NCBI RefSeq assembly: GCF_009914755.1 | Contig: NC_060946.1 | Reading direction: 5' to 3' (one strand) | DNA: 64,000 nucleotides | Origin: the human T2T-CHM13v2.0 reference genome, Homo sapiens | Part shown: in pieces, positions 27,725-42,685 of the stretch | How the letters are laid out: every line of letters begins with the position of its first letter | How positions within the stretch are numbered: the first letter of the stretch is position 1 | The notes under the pieces: generated by a model | Told to the model about the DNA's origin: nothing | Seen by the model: only the letters and a program-made list of their open reading frames with translations | Database searches by the model: none | Position numbers and translations under genes: made by a program

Positions 27725-28354
27725 GGTTGCTTTTATTTCCACCCCCCACCCACCCCCCTCCCCAGCCTAGCCATAAAGTGGAAGTTAGCACCTGTTTTTC
27801 TAGACAGGTGAATTATCTACTAATCCTTGTCTTTTAAGGAAGTCTTAATGAGCGGGTCAGAATAACCTGCTGATGGTGTCGCTTCAAGAGAAGCATCCAG
27901 TGAGCAGCTGTGATTTTCAGAAGACAAAATCCATTATTGCTAACCTTTCATATAAGCGACTCATAGATTCATAGACTGTAGGAACTGGAGAGGAATCTCT
28001 AAAGAGATAATTCTCATAACAACAATTTGGAATCACCTTATAGATGCATTCAATGTGTTAATTAGTTTCTAAAGGAACTCTGAAATCAAATCATTTGTTT
28101 GAAAACATTTATTGAGCATTAGTACTGAGCTAGAGTAGACACAGGTAATCATCCTGGAACATTGCATTGTGCCTGTCACATGAAAGAGACTCAGCAACTA
28201 TTTCTCTGTGAATGAATAAAGCTGCCCCCTCCTCCAGGCCGGTGGGAGAGATGGACATTTTACAGGTTATAATGTTCTACGCCATGTGCATGGATATGGC
28301 ATAGGAGCATACAATAGGTCACATCTCTGACTCCTCTGTTTTTTTGCAAGGATG

Positions 28355-28663
<309 letters not shown>

Positions 28664-29199
28664 GTGGAGGATTAGAAGAGAAGATATTTGTCAAGATCTT
28701 GTGGCTAGTCAGTGTCAGAACCAAGTCTACGACCCAGGTTTCCTGAATCCCAGTCTGATAGCGTTTTCCTACATCACATGGACTTTAAAACAGTGCTTCT
28801 GATACATCAATGGCCACAGGGTTGACCTGGGGCTATGGACTGACTCCTTGTGGAAAGGAAAGGATCAAAGCAGCCTCAGGGTCTGGCTAGCAGAACTCAT
28901 GGGCAGCCCCTTCAGGGGACAACTGTCAGGGCGAACGTTTCCATTTTAAGACCTATGTCGCTCTACTGAAGAGACAGTTTTCCGGGAAAGAGAGCCTCAC
29001 TGACCTAGCTGAGGTCCAGGGCTGACTCCTCAGCCAGGGGAAGTTTGGGAACTCTGAAGAACAGTTCAGGGTATACTGCGTCCATTGCGGCGGCATAGTT
29101 CTAAACGTGAAGCAGAGATGCTTTCACCAGAAGAAGCAGGAATGCACGCCAGACTGTCAGGAGAAACAGGTGTCTGATGAAGAATTTCTCCAGCTAAAT

Positions 29200-29900
29200 G
29201 CCCATACATCCACATTCAATTAGCAAACAGCCCTATGTCTCACCTTATCCATTGCCAACTGCTTGGTCCAGGCTAGCCGTCTCCCGTGGATCACCGCCTT
29301 GCTCCCAGTTATCTGCCTGCTCCACGTTGCCCCCTGCAGTCTGTTCTGCACACAACAGTTTGAGAGAGCCCTTTAAAGCACAAGTCAGATCAAGTTACAC
29401 CTTTACTCACAACCCCTCCGCAGGACTTCTATCATCCTGGCAATTAAATCCAAATGCAAAGTCCACACATTGCTCTGCAAGGAGCTACCTGCCTTTTGCT
29501 TAATCTCTCTGCCCTCCTCTCCTGCCGTTCTCTCCGTGGCTGTCTGTACTCCAGCCCCACTGGACTTCTTCCCATTTCCTGCACCTGCCAAAATGTTCTC
29601 ATCTCAGGGTCTTTGTATTTGCTCTTTTCTGCCTCCTAGTTGCACTGTTTATTCCCTTACTTAATTCGAATTTCCGTTCCTATTCCATCTTCTCAAAGAG
29701 AGCTTCCATTTCATGTTGCCTGAAAAAGCTGCCTGCCAGCCTGGACATTCTTTAGCCTCTTAGCTTTATTATTTACAGAAATATATATTCGTTCAGTGTT
29801 TCTTTTCTCATTAGAATGTAAGCTACACAGGGTTTCCTTTGTAGCTCAAGAGCCCAGGAAGGAGTTGGCACTAGTAGATATTGTGAGAAGAATGAGTGAG
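29200..29900 (+). mobile_element. L2 3' region
   Basis: aagtcagatca...ctcagggtctttgtatttgct...attagaatgtaagctac...gaatgagtga. Confidence 0.8.
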
Positions 29901-29916
29901 CATACATCTATGTTTA

Positions 29917-29951
29917 ACACACACACGCGCACACACACACACACACACACA
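29917..29951. repeat. (CA)n microsatellite
   Basis: acacacacacgcgcacacacac... Confidence 0.95.
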
Positions 29952-30258
29952 GATCTTTTTTCCTATGATTTCAGGTGGTCCAAATAATTATCTTACTCCA
30001 ATAATTACTTTACTCCAAGTAAAACTAAAGTCCTGGCTGGGTGTTTCCAGGTCCTCTGAAGCTTGGGGGTCCCTGCATCTTAGGTTAGAAACCTCTGCTA
30101 TGATCCAAGTATCTCCAGTGCTGAGCGAAAGGGGTCCCAGTGATTCAGGAACTCCCACCACACTCTTCTTCCTCCCCAAGCTGGCTTTTCAAAGAGCCAT
30201 TCCATTTTCTACCCTTGAGTGACAGTGACACAACTGGAATTACAGAGGAATTACCATA

Positions 30259-30337
30259 TGAGGTTGGTGCAAAAGTAATAGTAGATTTTGCCTTTAAAAT
30301 CGATGGCAAAACCACAATTACTTTTGCACCAACCCAA
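30259..30337. mobile_element. MADE1 Mariner MITE (79-bp palindrome)
   Basis: aggttggtgcaaaagtaat ... attacttttgcaccaacc inverted termini; TA on both sides. Confidence 0.93.
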
Positions 30338-30439
30338 TAAAAATAACAAAAATTAACACCTGTCCAAGGCACATAATACAGTATGTTAATTACAAGGAGC
30401 CTAGAATATCATTTGCTAAATACAAGGACAGGACAAAAT

Positions 30440-31430
<991 letters not shown>

Positions 31431-32288
31431 CATCAAACAAGCAAAACCCACCTTTATTCTCTTTCCTGCTCTGGTGGGTCTCCCTTGTAGTCAATATCCT
31501 GGGAACTCAGAAAGATTTCATTACTGTGGATGAATAAGTTTAGCCTGGGGAAAGAGTTGCCGTTCCCTCTGGGTATGCCCCAAACTTCCCATACAGAGGA
31601 AATCAAGACGTGTGCGTTTGTTCCTTCCAGGTGGACGGTCCCCTGGAGAGCCCGCTGTGTTGGAAGATGTAGAATATTCATGTAGGTATACAGCTGGCAA
31701 GAGGCTGGGTGATGGGGAAAATGATAAGAAAGGGCACTTAAATCAGGAGCCATCTCACAAGTGGAAATTAGTTAAATTCAGTCAATTGCTGACTGATTTT
31801 ATGTTACGGAACTCAAATGCTCTGAGGCCCAGTCAATCGAAACCCTGTTTCGAAAATGAGCCAGTTATGGATGGATCTGCTGTTCTATTATTAAAAGAAA
31901 TGGATCTGTTCAGAGAGTAACATACGTAACACTAAGAGCCCGCTTGGTGGATGAATGCACTTGGTTTTTCTTTATTGCCTGAGACCTGGGATTAAATTCT
32001 GGAGAAAGTCAGAGACCTGCAGAATTTTTACTGACAAGGCATCCTAGGTATCACGTGATCACTTCATTTACTAATCCTAAAATTGAGGCTCAGAGAGGGC
32101 CAGTAAATTGCTGTGGTGAACCCCCTCCAGATTTTGGTGGCTTCCTGAAATAAAGTGTTATTTCTTGCTCTCATCACAGACCAGTGTGTCTAGGCAGGGG
32201 CTCTGTTCCACAGAGTCCCTCAGGAACCCAGGCTCCTTCTACTATACCTCCTGGCTCCTCCCATCTGCAAGTCCTCAGAGACATCTCA

Positions 32289-32690
<402 letters not shown>

Positions 32691-32889
32691 TCACATGCTG
32701 CTGGCAGAACTCAGTGTCGTGGCCACAAAAGGAAAATATAGTCTAGCTGTGTGTCCCTGAAGAGCACATGGATATTGGTGAGCACTGGCCATACCCACCA
32801 GAATTAGTGGGTACCAAGCACTAAGTGATGGTGCCAGGCCAGAGAAATGCCACAACGGACAAGAGGGGATATGCCCAAAGCTTCTTTTG

Positions 32890-33010
32890 ATTCTGTCCTT
32901 TCTTCCCTTTTCCCTTTCCCCCTCCCTCCCTCCCTCTCTCCTTCCTTCCTGTCTGTCTCCATCTATCCTTTCCTTCTTCCCCACTCCTTCTGCTTATCAC
33001 CCCCTTTCTT
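32890..33010. repeat. CT-rich low-complexity tract
   Basis: ccctccctccctccctctctccttccttcc. Confidence 0.85.
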
Positions 33011-33123
33011 TTCACAGATATCTGGTGAGCATCTGCTAGATGCCAGGGTTGGGGAGAGTCAAGTTGAAGCAAGCATGAACCCTCAAGGACCTACCATTTC
33101 AAGGCAAGAAATAGATACAAATA

Positions 33124-33466
33124 CAGGTATGCACAGCATAATAATATTTCATCAATGACAGGCTGTGTATCTTGATCCCATAAGATCATAATAGTGTGTT
33201 TTTACTATCCCCTTTCTATGTTCAGATATAGCTAGATACACAAATACTTACCATCGTCTTACAACTGCCTACAGCATTCAGAGCAGTCACATGCTCTGCA
33301 GGTTTGTAGCCTAGCAGCAATAGGCTACAACATATAGCTTTGATGTGTAGTAGGCCAGACCACTTAGGGTTTATGGAAGTGTGCTTTATGAAGCTCGCAC
33401 AATGATGAAATCTCCTAATGATGCATTTCTCAGAGTGTATCCCCATTGTTAAGGGATGCATGACTG
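33124..33466. mobile_element. Tigger3a/MER7-like MITE
   Basis: caggtatgcacagcataa ... ttaagggatgcatgactg termini; caggtttgtagcctag. Confidence 0.85.
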
Positions 33467-33930
33467 TTCTTAGAGGTGAGGTGGAAGTGACAGATGCCAC
33501 AGGGTGGCTAGGGTGCTCTGGAGACAGCCGGAGGTGAGGAACAGGAGAGAATGGGTGGACTTCCAACGGCGTCATTCCCTAACTGTGCCTTCTGGACCTG
33601 CGTAATCTCTCTGAGCTTATTTCCACACCTGTGCAATACCTGCACACCTGAAGGACAGCGATATCCTTCAGGCAGTGGTGGGATGGAATGAGGATTTCTG
33701 AAGATGCTGCTACAGTGTGTTGTTATGCTCCATGCATGTTGGTCCTCTTTTCTTTGGCCAGGAGGAGGGGGAGTTAACTTCCTCCCATTGCAGCAGAGAA
33801 GGCTGATGATGCAGGTGGCATCTGAGCTGGATCTTGAAAGATCAACTCTTCACTGTACTGGGATATCTAAGGGTCAGCTCTGGGCTGATTGAAAAATTCT
33901 GCATCCACATGACAGTGGCTTGGACCATGG

Positions 33931-34373
33931 CATGTTAATTTCCTATTGCCGCTGTAATAAGTTGCCGTGAATTTAGTGGCTTAAATAGTACAAATGGATT
34001 CTCTTTCAATTCTGGGGGTCAGAAGTCTGAAATGGGTTTTGCTGAGCTAAAGTCAAGGTATTAGCAGGACTGTGTTCCTTCTGGACACTCTGGAGGACAA
34101 TCCAGTCCCTTGCCCTTTCCAGCTTCTGGAAGCCACCTGAATTTCTTGGCTCCTAATCCAGCCTCAAAACCAGCAGCATGGCCTTGCAATTCTGTCTGAC
34201 TCTGACCCTCCTGTCTTCCTCTTACAAGGACCCTTGTGATTGTGTTGGGCCTACCTGGATCACCCAGAGTCATCTCATCTCTGTGATGTAAGGTAGCATA
34301 TTTACAGGTTCTGGGGATCAGAACGTGGACTTCTGGTCGGGTATGGGAGGGCGGTGTTATTCCTTCTACTACA
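33931..34373 (-). mobile_element. MLT1D-like solo LTR
   Basis: Perfect 5-bp TSD CATGG; gggtcagaagtctgaaatggg, ttccagcttctggaagcc. Confidence 0.9.
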
Positions 34374-35586
34374 CATGGCGAATCTGATTTCACAGAGTTT
34401 TCACTCTATTAAATGCCTTGTGCTGACTTGGGTACTGGGAAGAGTATTTCATGCCTTCTTCAGTACTGAAGAATCTGTACTGGGTACCACTTCAATGCCA
34501 CACAATACAAGTTTACTCCTCTAATTTCCTAGATGCAGGATGGGGAGAGAGAGGCATACAGCTGATGTCTCGCCACCTGCTAATCATCCCTCCCCCAATT
34601 AGCTAATCCTGGAAATCCCACACTGTAGATATTTATTTCTTTAATATAAGCCTTTGATTCTTTCAAACAAATGTGTGAGAAAAAAAAAAGGAAATGGAGG
34701 AGGGAGAAAGAGAGTAACATTATTTGTTGTTATCAGTTGTTTGAATTTCAGTATGAATTAATTTTTGATTATTTTTGTTGTTGAGAACAAATTTAATGGA
34801 GATAAGAAGAGAATAAAAGGACTTTTAGTGTTTAGTTGTGTAGAAGGAATGGAATCCATCAGACAATGTGTTAGGGGTGGGTTTGGGTGGAGGTAAGAGC
34901 TGGAGAATGTGATGCTGGAGGCTAAAGATCAAGTAGCTCTTTCAAATGTGGTCTCTACCATCCAGTCTTGGGCTCTGGCTTTTCCAGGCTGTTTTGACTG
35001 GCATTTCTCAGTAAGCTCACCTAGAATCATTAAGTTTATCCAGAGTCTGCTGTTTGAATGTGTAAGGTGCCTCTTCTCCGCTGCTATGACCGTCACCATT
35101 GGAAGCCCTCTAGTGGACAGGATCTAAACATGCACCCGTGTCTCGGGAGCCATACTCTGGTTGAAAGGGACCTGGAGGGGAGAACCCTCGGGTGTGACCC
35201 CTTCCCCTAATATGATTACCCAGGCAAAGGGACCCAAGCCACCTCTCTGCACTCCGGAGATCTCCACGATTCTGCCATCCTTTTTGGCACAACCCCAGGG
35301 TTGCATTAATGGAAACAGGACACTTATTATTGAGCTGGTTTTGCAGGGCTTGTGTAATGGAGAGCTGCAAGCTGGAAAATACATTGGATTAAGGACAGCA
35401 TAGTTTTTCATCAGCACAAAAAGGAGCCATAGGTCAATATAGACTTTCTGCTTCTGTGGAGTTAGCCCTTTAGTGTTCCATGTGGGGTGAGCAGGGCATG
35501 CCTTTGGGTGACCAGCAGAAAGCGGCCTAAAAAAGAGAGGTTATCACTGATTCAGCTCCAGACTGCAAAATATGACATCAGGAAGT

Positions 35587-35979
35587 TGTATTAGATGGCT
35601 CAGGCTGCCATAACACAATACTAGACTGGGAGGCTTAAGCAACAGAAATTAATTTTGTCCAAGTTCTGGAGGCTGGGAGTCCAAGTTCAAGGCGTGGCAG
35701 CGTGGGTTTCTCCTGAGGCCTTTTCCCATGCCTTGCAGATGGTCACCTTCTCACTGTGTCCTCACATGGCCTTTCCTCTCTGTGCAGGCATTCCTGGTGT
35801 CTCTTTCTCTTTTCTTATAAGGACACCAGTCCTACTGAATCAGAGCCTCACTCTTACGACCTAATTTAACCCTAACTACCTCCTAAAGACCTTATTTCCA
35901 AATACAGTCACATTGGAGTTAGAAGTCCAATGTGAAAAACATCAATTCTGAGGAGGATACACAATTCAATCTAATAACA
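35587..35979 (-). mobile_element. MLT1A/B-like solo LTR
   Basis: tgtattag...gttctggaggctgggagtccaag...cttataaggacaccagtc...aataaca. Confidence 0.9.
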
Positions 35980-36358
35980 TGGATGGTATTTCTTGGGGAA
36001 AATACATATAACTTGTAGGACAAATGTCTATTCGGGGGAAAAAAAAACAGCTACTGAAGACAAATTTCATTCTGGAAAAAATATCCCATGGAAACATATA
36101 CTTTCCAGCAAAAAAACACTGGAAAACATATACATCGGAAATTATTTTTATTAAAAATCCCCCCTCCCAAGAAAAAAATATTCTCTAGGGAGAGTTTTCG
36201 TTATGAAAATGTTCACTGTGAAAATATTTAATAGGAAAAGTATCCATTGGAAAAATCATTGCCAAAAAAGCGAGGGAGGGTGATGACATACTGGAGAAAT
36301 ATTCTTTCTAGGAAAAATGCCTTTCAGGAAAAATTTTACTAGGAGAAATGACGACTCA

Positions 36359-36745
<387 letters not shown>

Positions 36746-36799
36746 TTATGTTCATCATGAAAACAGCCTTTGACTATGTACCTGTAAAAATGAGGAAAC

Positions 36800-37140
36800 T
36801 ATCATTTATTTTGTATACACCACGTGTCATGCATTCTTCTCAGAGTTTCCCACCTATTAATTTATTTATTCCTCATGAGAGCTTTATGAGGTAGGCACTA
36901 TCTATGCTCCAATTTACATATGAAGAAGCTGATGCGCAGCGGTTGGGTAACTTGCCCAAGTTTGCACATGAAGTAAAGGGCAGTCCTGACTTTGAACTCA
37001 AACAATGATTCATTCATGCAACATTTATGAAGCACCTACTGTGTGTCAAGCACTGTGTTAGGGAATGAGGTCTAACACTGGCTGAAACATAAGCCTCAGT
37101 TTTAAGAAATTAACGTGGGAGACAGATTCATAAGCAGACT
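36800..37140 (-). mobile_element. MIR (about 36800-37000) followed by an L2 tail (about 37005-37140)
   Basis: tatgaggtaggcacta...gtaacttgcccaag; attcattcatgcaacatttatgaagcacctactgtgtg. Confidence 0.8.
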
Positions 37141-37739
37141 ATGAAACTATAGGGAAATGAGCCTTTGTACATTCGCCTTCACATTGGTAACTGAAGCAAA
37201 ATGCTCCCACCAGACTGAAGTTTCTTTGTGCGTTTATGAAAGAAGCTGCTGTCCTGGGTCTGCGGCAAACCACAGCTCCCCTGGGAATAACAGCCTCTGG
37301 GAAAACATAAACACTCAGGAGAACCCTCATGAGTGCATTGGGAAACATAATCCCAGGAGAAAGTGTTCATCAAAACATGTACCTGATGGGATACTTATTT
37401 GAAACCTAGTCCGGTAGAAAGTCTTCTCTCCTCTTTCCGGTCCAGGTCTTTGCTCTTGGCCACATGAGCTCAACTGAGATGGCCAAGGAATGCAATGGCT
37501 TGAGTAGTGAAATGGGCTGCAGGAGCCTTGTTGCAAGGGGGGAATTGGATGAGATCTGGTGGAAGTTCTGAGTTCTCTTAATTTTTAAAAACCATTACTT
37601 GCTTATGGTCTAACCCCACTCATATGTTAGCTCCATGAGGTCAGAGCTCCCTGCCCATGTAGTTCATCTGTGCGTCCCCAGTGCTTACAAAAGTTGGTGC
37701 TCAATAAATACATAGTTCCAAAAGAGGGGATGTTGATCA

Positions 37740-37990
37740 TAGTTATAGCAGAGATGTTAACTGCATGGATGCTGGAGATGACCTAACCTGAATCCCAGCT
37801 CTACCATATCCTGGCCGTGTAGACTTGGCTAAGATACTTGCTAACTCTGAGTCTCAGTTTCTTCATCTGTGCTGTGGGGACGATACTATTGTTTTTGTAT
37901 GGCTCTTGGAGAGATTAAACGACATAATGCCTGTTGAGTACTTAGCCTGTATTTGACACTAGGTAGAGGGTCAAAAAATAATTGGAACTT
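37740..37990 (+). mobile_element. MIR
   Basis: tgaatcccagctctacc...ctctgagtctcagtttcttcatctgt. Confidence 0.85.
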
Positions 37991-38456
37991 GTCCCTCCCT
38001 TCATGAAGTTTATGGTCAGGTGGGCTATCCCCCAGCTACCAGCCCTCCCCACAAAGCTTCACACTGGAGGCAGGGACCCAGCAAAGCTGGTTATTTAAGT
38101 CTGGAATCTGCAACTCAAGTTTTCTTTCTTCCCTGTTGTCTCTAGAGATTAAGTGTGCTGTAGGCTTCCATCTGCTTCTGTAATAAAACATAAATTATTA
38201 AAGCCATAAAATATTGATGAACTGTTTTATAAAACAGAGAGACTTTAATGTATTGATTATGAATTGAGAAAGCCTTAATGAGTTTCAGGAGGAGAAATAA
38301 TTGGGCAATGATGCTGTGTTGATTCATTCTGTGCCGCTGAATGAGAGGCAGTTATGAAAATAAGTTCCTCTTGTACCATTTTGCATCACTGTCATCTTGC
38401 ATTTGTGCCATGGTACGTTTAAAACCTATGCTTCCATGAACGTTAAAAGCTAACCA

Positions 38457-38497
38457 GAGAGAAAGAGAGAGAGGGAGAGAGAGAGAAAGGGAGAGGA
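38457..38497. repeat. (GA)n-rich tract
   Basis: agagagaaagagagagagggagagagagag. Confidence 0.9.
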
Positions 38498-39549
38498 AAA
38501 TTCCTTGTTAAAAATCAATGAAGTATTTTAAGTGGAAACTTCCTTGCTTTTATTTAGCTCCCTATGTGGCTCCCAGAGACCCTGAAAAACTGATGGTTAA
38601 CATTGTAGCTGTTTCATTTTTAGATGGTTCATCCAACAAGAGTCTCTTATTAAAGTTCAGGAGGACTTCTCTCTTCCTTTCATCTTAGGATGAAGAATCC
38701 AATAGCCAGAACTGAACTTGTAAGAAGGCAGGACAATACACTTATTTTACAGATGAGAAAACAGAGTTCCATGGAGAGATAATGTCTTGTCCAAGATCCC
38801 ACAAATCGTTAGTTTTTAAGACTTGGCCTGGCACCTAGGTCTTCTGACTCTGGTGTTGGTGATTCTTCTTCCATTTCTTAAAGGAGGACTTTTGGAGGAT
38901 GAGAGTTGTTTCAATGTGGAGCGGGTTTTTGGGTTTTAGTCTTGCTGAATAGCATGGAAGCAGAGAGACTAAATGGCCTCTTGACCTCTTGGAAGGCATG
39001 TTACAGGGGGATTTGAAATTCCATGGAGTAACGCAGTCACTGCATTAGTCATCTATAACTGGCCTGCTGATCTTCAAAATCTCCCAGGTCAGACTCAGGC
39101 TGGCAACTTCAGACACAACCACATCGTTGTGATTCTCAGGAATATCCAGTGAGGGGAAGAGGCTGCACTACTTGCTGATGAATCCCTCACAGCTACTATA
39201 TGAGATGGGAAGGATAAGTGTAAGTATCCATGAAGGACTCTAGGCTCAGAAAGTCAATGGAGTTGCCCAGGTTCACACAGATCGTTGGTGGCAGAATCAA
39301 GGGCTAGGACCATTATATTTGGAGAGGTAGGTTACCATTCCTGTACAAATATTAAATACCATACTGCCTTTTTATTATATTTGGAAGAGTTCACTCCAAG
39401 GGCAAGAGTGATATGTTTTCAATGAGACCGGCCCCTGCTGGTCTCATTGAGAACACATGAGGTGAGGGGTTGGTTGCTGACTTCATTTTGCCTTCACTTG
39501 TTAGGTCTGATGCTTGCCAGAAAAGTTGTTGGGAAGGTCACGGTAACAT

Positions 39550-39790
39550 TTGCAGCTAATAGTCATTGAGCACTTTTGCTGTTCCTGACAACTATGCCAA
39601 GTACCTTTGCTCCCATTAGCTCATTTCTCTTTCATAGCAACCTTTGAACTAGGGAATGTTATCAGTCTCATTTTATAGAGGAAGGAATTGAGGCACAACA
39701 AGGTTAACTGAGTTAGATAGTGAAGCAAAGATTTGAGCCCAATGACAGGCTTGGAAGCCTACAGGCCTAACTGGGTAACAATTGCAGATA
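39550..39790 (-). mobile_element. MIR
   Basis: cattgagcactt...cattttatagaggaaggaattgaggcac. Confidence 0.75.
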
Positions 39791-40332
39791 TGTTTCTTAT
39801 TGTCTTGAATCATGCTGCTTCATTTAATGGTACTGACCTCTTGTTTTTTCTTGAAGCTGTTGCTTATTTTGGCCTCAACTGTGACCACTTCTGGGTCTCT
39901 TTCATTTACCTCCTTCCAGTTGCCAGCCACAGCCCCTGGTAGTTTCCCAGTGTTCTCTTATAGCCTTCAGTTACTTTCACTAGACATGGGCTTCTTGGGC
40001 AATCCCAGCTAATTGCATGCATTTTACATTACCTTGCTATTAACTACACTGCTGACTGTCAATTCTGTATTGCCAGCCCTGAACTCTTCCTGGTATCAGG
40101 GTAATCCTGGTCTCATAAAATGAGTCAGAAAAGTGTTCCCTTTGCTTATATTTTCCATAAGAGACTGTGTAGAATTGGTATTATTTATCCCTTAAATGCT
40201 TGGGAGAATTTGCAAGTGAAACTATCTGGGCATAGAGATTTCTTTTTTGGAAGGTTTTTTAAACTCTGAATTCAATGTCTTTAATAGTTATAATTCTATT
40301 TGGGTTATTTCCTCTTGAGTGAGTTATAGTAG

Positions 40333-40766
<434 letters not shown>

Positions 40767-42299
40767 GTGGCTTGTTTTCTTAAAATCAGTCTCACTAGAG
40801 GCTTATCAGTTTTTTAATCTTTCAGAAACAGTTTTTGGTTTCACTGATTTTTTTTTTCAATTTTATTGAGTCTGCCCTTTGTTTTTTCTCTTTTGCTTAC
40901 CTTGGGTTCATTTTGCTTTTCTTTTTTTTTTTAGGTTTTAAGGTGAAAATTATTCATCTGAGTCTTTTCTTCTTTTCTAATGTTAATATTTAATACTATA
41001 ATTTTTCTCTAAGCAATGCTTTAACTGCAGCTCACAGATTTGGTATAGTATATTTTTATTCAGTTCAAATTATTTTACTATTTTTCTTGACACTTTCTCT
41101 TTGATCTACTGATTATTAAGAAGTGTACTGATAATATGCAGGTGAGTTGGAATTTTCCAGACTTTCTGTTATTGTTTAATTCCATTATAGTCAAAGAACA
41201 TAACCCATATGATTTCAATTCTTTTTAATTTGTTAAGGTTTGTCTTATGGCTTAGAAAGTAGTCTATCTTGGTGAATATTCCATGTGCACCTGGATAGAA
41301 TGCTTATTCTACTGTTGTTGGGTGGAATGCTCTATAAATGTCAATTACATCCAGTTGTTAACATTGTTGTTCAGTTGACATTCTTGCTGAGTTGTTGTCT
41401 ATTAGCTCTATCACTAGAAGTTTTAAAATATCAAAGAGAAGTTTTAAAATATCAAACAATTGTACATTTGTCTATTTCTGTCTCCAATTCTGTCAGTTGT
41501 ACTTCATGTATTTTGAAACTTTTTGGCTTACATATACATTTCGGATTATTATTTTTTGTGTTGAATTGACCCTTACATCAGGTTTTGCCCCTGTTTACTC
41601 CTGATAATTTTCTTTGCTCTGAAGTCCATTTAGTATAGCCACGCCAGTTTTCTTTTTATTAATGTTTGCATGATATGTCATTTTTAGTTTTTTTTTTTTT
41701 TTACTTTTAACCTACCTATATCATTATATAAAAAGTGAGTTTCTTATATACAGCATATACTTGGGTCATGTGTTTTTATAAATCCTGAAAATCCTTGTGT
41801 TTTATTTAGTGTATTTAGACCATTTACATTGAATGTAATAATTGATATGTTTTGGTTTAGATGTGTCATTTTATTTTTTATTTTTTTTCCTTTGTTTTTA
41901 TTCCTCTATTTCCCCTTTCCTGCCCTCTTTTGGGTTATTCGAACACTTTGAAATATTCTATTTTAATTTATATGTGTAGATTTTGACTATATCACTTTTT
42001 ATAGCAATGTTAATGTTCAAAAAAGGATAACAATATACATACTTAACCTATCACAATGTACTTATAATCAAGTTTCCTCACTCCAAGCAGACCATAGGAA
42101 CCTTATCATCATATAGGTCCCTTTACCCTCCCACCTTTATTTTATCTCATATATTACATCTAAGTTTATTAAAATTTTCGTCAGAAAAATCATATAGTTT
42201 TACTTTCAACTGTGAAATATATTTTTTAAAATGCAAAAGGAGAGAATTGTCTATTATATTACCCTGATATTTCCTATTTATTTTGCCCTTCCTCCATCC

Positions 42300-42525
42300 T
42301 TTTTAATTGACAAAGAATAATTGTATTCTTTGTCAATAATTGTATTTATAAATATTGTATTTATTTATTTATTATTTATGTATTTATTAAATATTTATAA
42401 ATATTATATTTATAAATACAATAATTGTATTTATAGGCTATGGTGAGAAGTTTTGATATATTTATACATTGTAGAAAGCTTAAATCAAGCTAATTAACAT
42501 ATCCATCACCTTACCAAGTTACCAT
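42300..42525 (-). mobile_element. L1MA 3' tip with rearranged AT-rich tail
   Basis: aaatcaagctaattaacatatccatcacct. Confidence 0.75.
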
Positions 42526-42589
42526 CTTCATTCTTAATATTCCAAGATACTCTGGGTTCATGTCCCTTCTGTCTGACAAATTTCCTTTA

Positions 42590-42685
42590 ACAAATAATCT
42601 GTACTACAAACCTCCATGACACAAGTTTACCTAAATAACAAACCTTCACATGTACTCCTGAACCTAAAATAAAAGTAAAAAAACC
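42590..42685 (+). mobile_element. L1PA 3' tip (older L1PA)
   Basis: aatctgtactacaaacctccatgacacaagtttacc...gaacctaaaataaaag. Confidence 0.85.

Noticed and set aside
34874-34892. G-run clusters as G-quadruplexes (also about 23110 and 63808)
   Set aside because: Only three solid G-tracts or marginal patterns, with no functional context.
41417-41457. Short tandem duplications (21 bp here, 16 bp at about 23008, 15 bp at about 4142)
   Set aside because: Ordinary slippage events inside old repeats.
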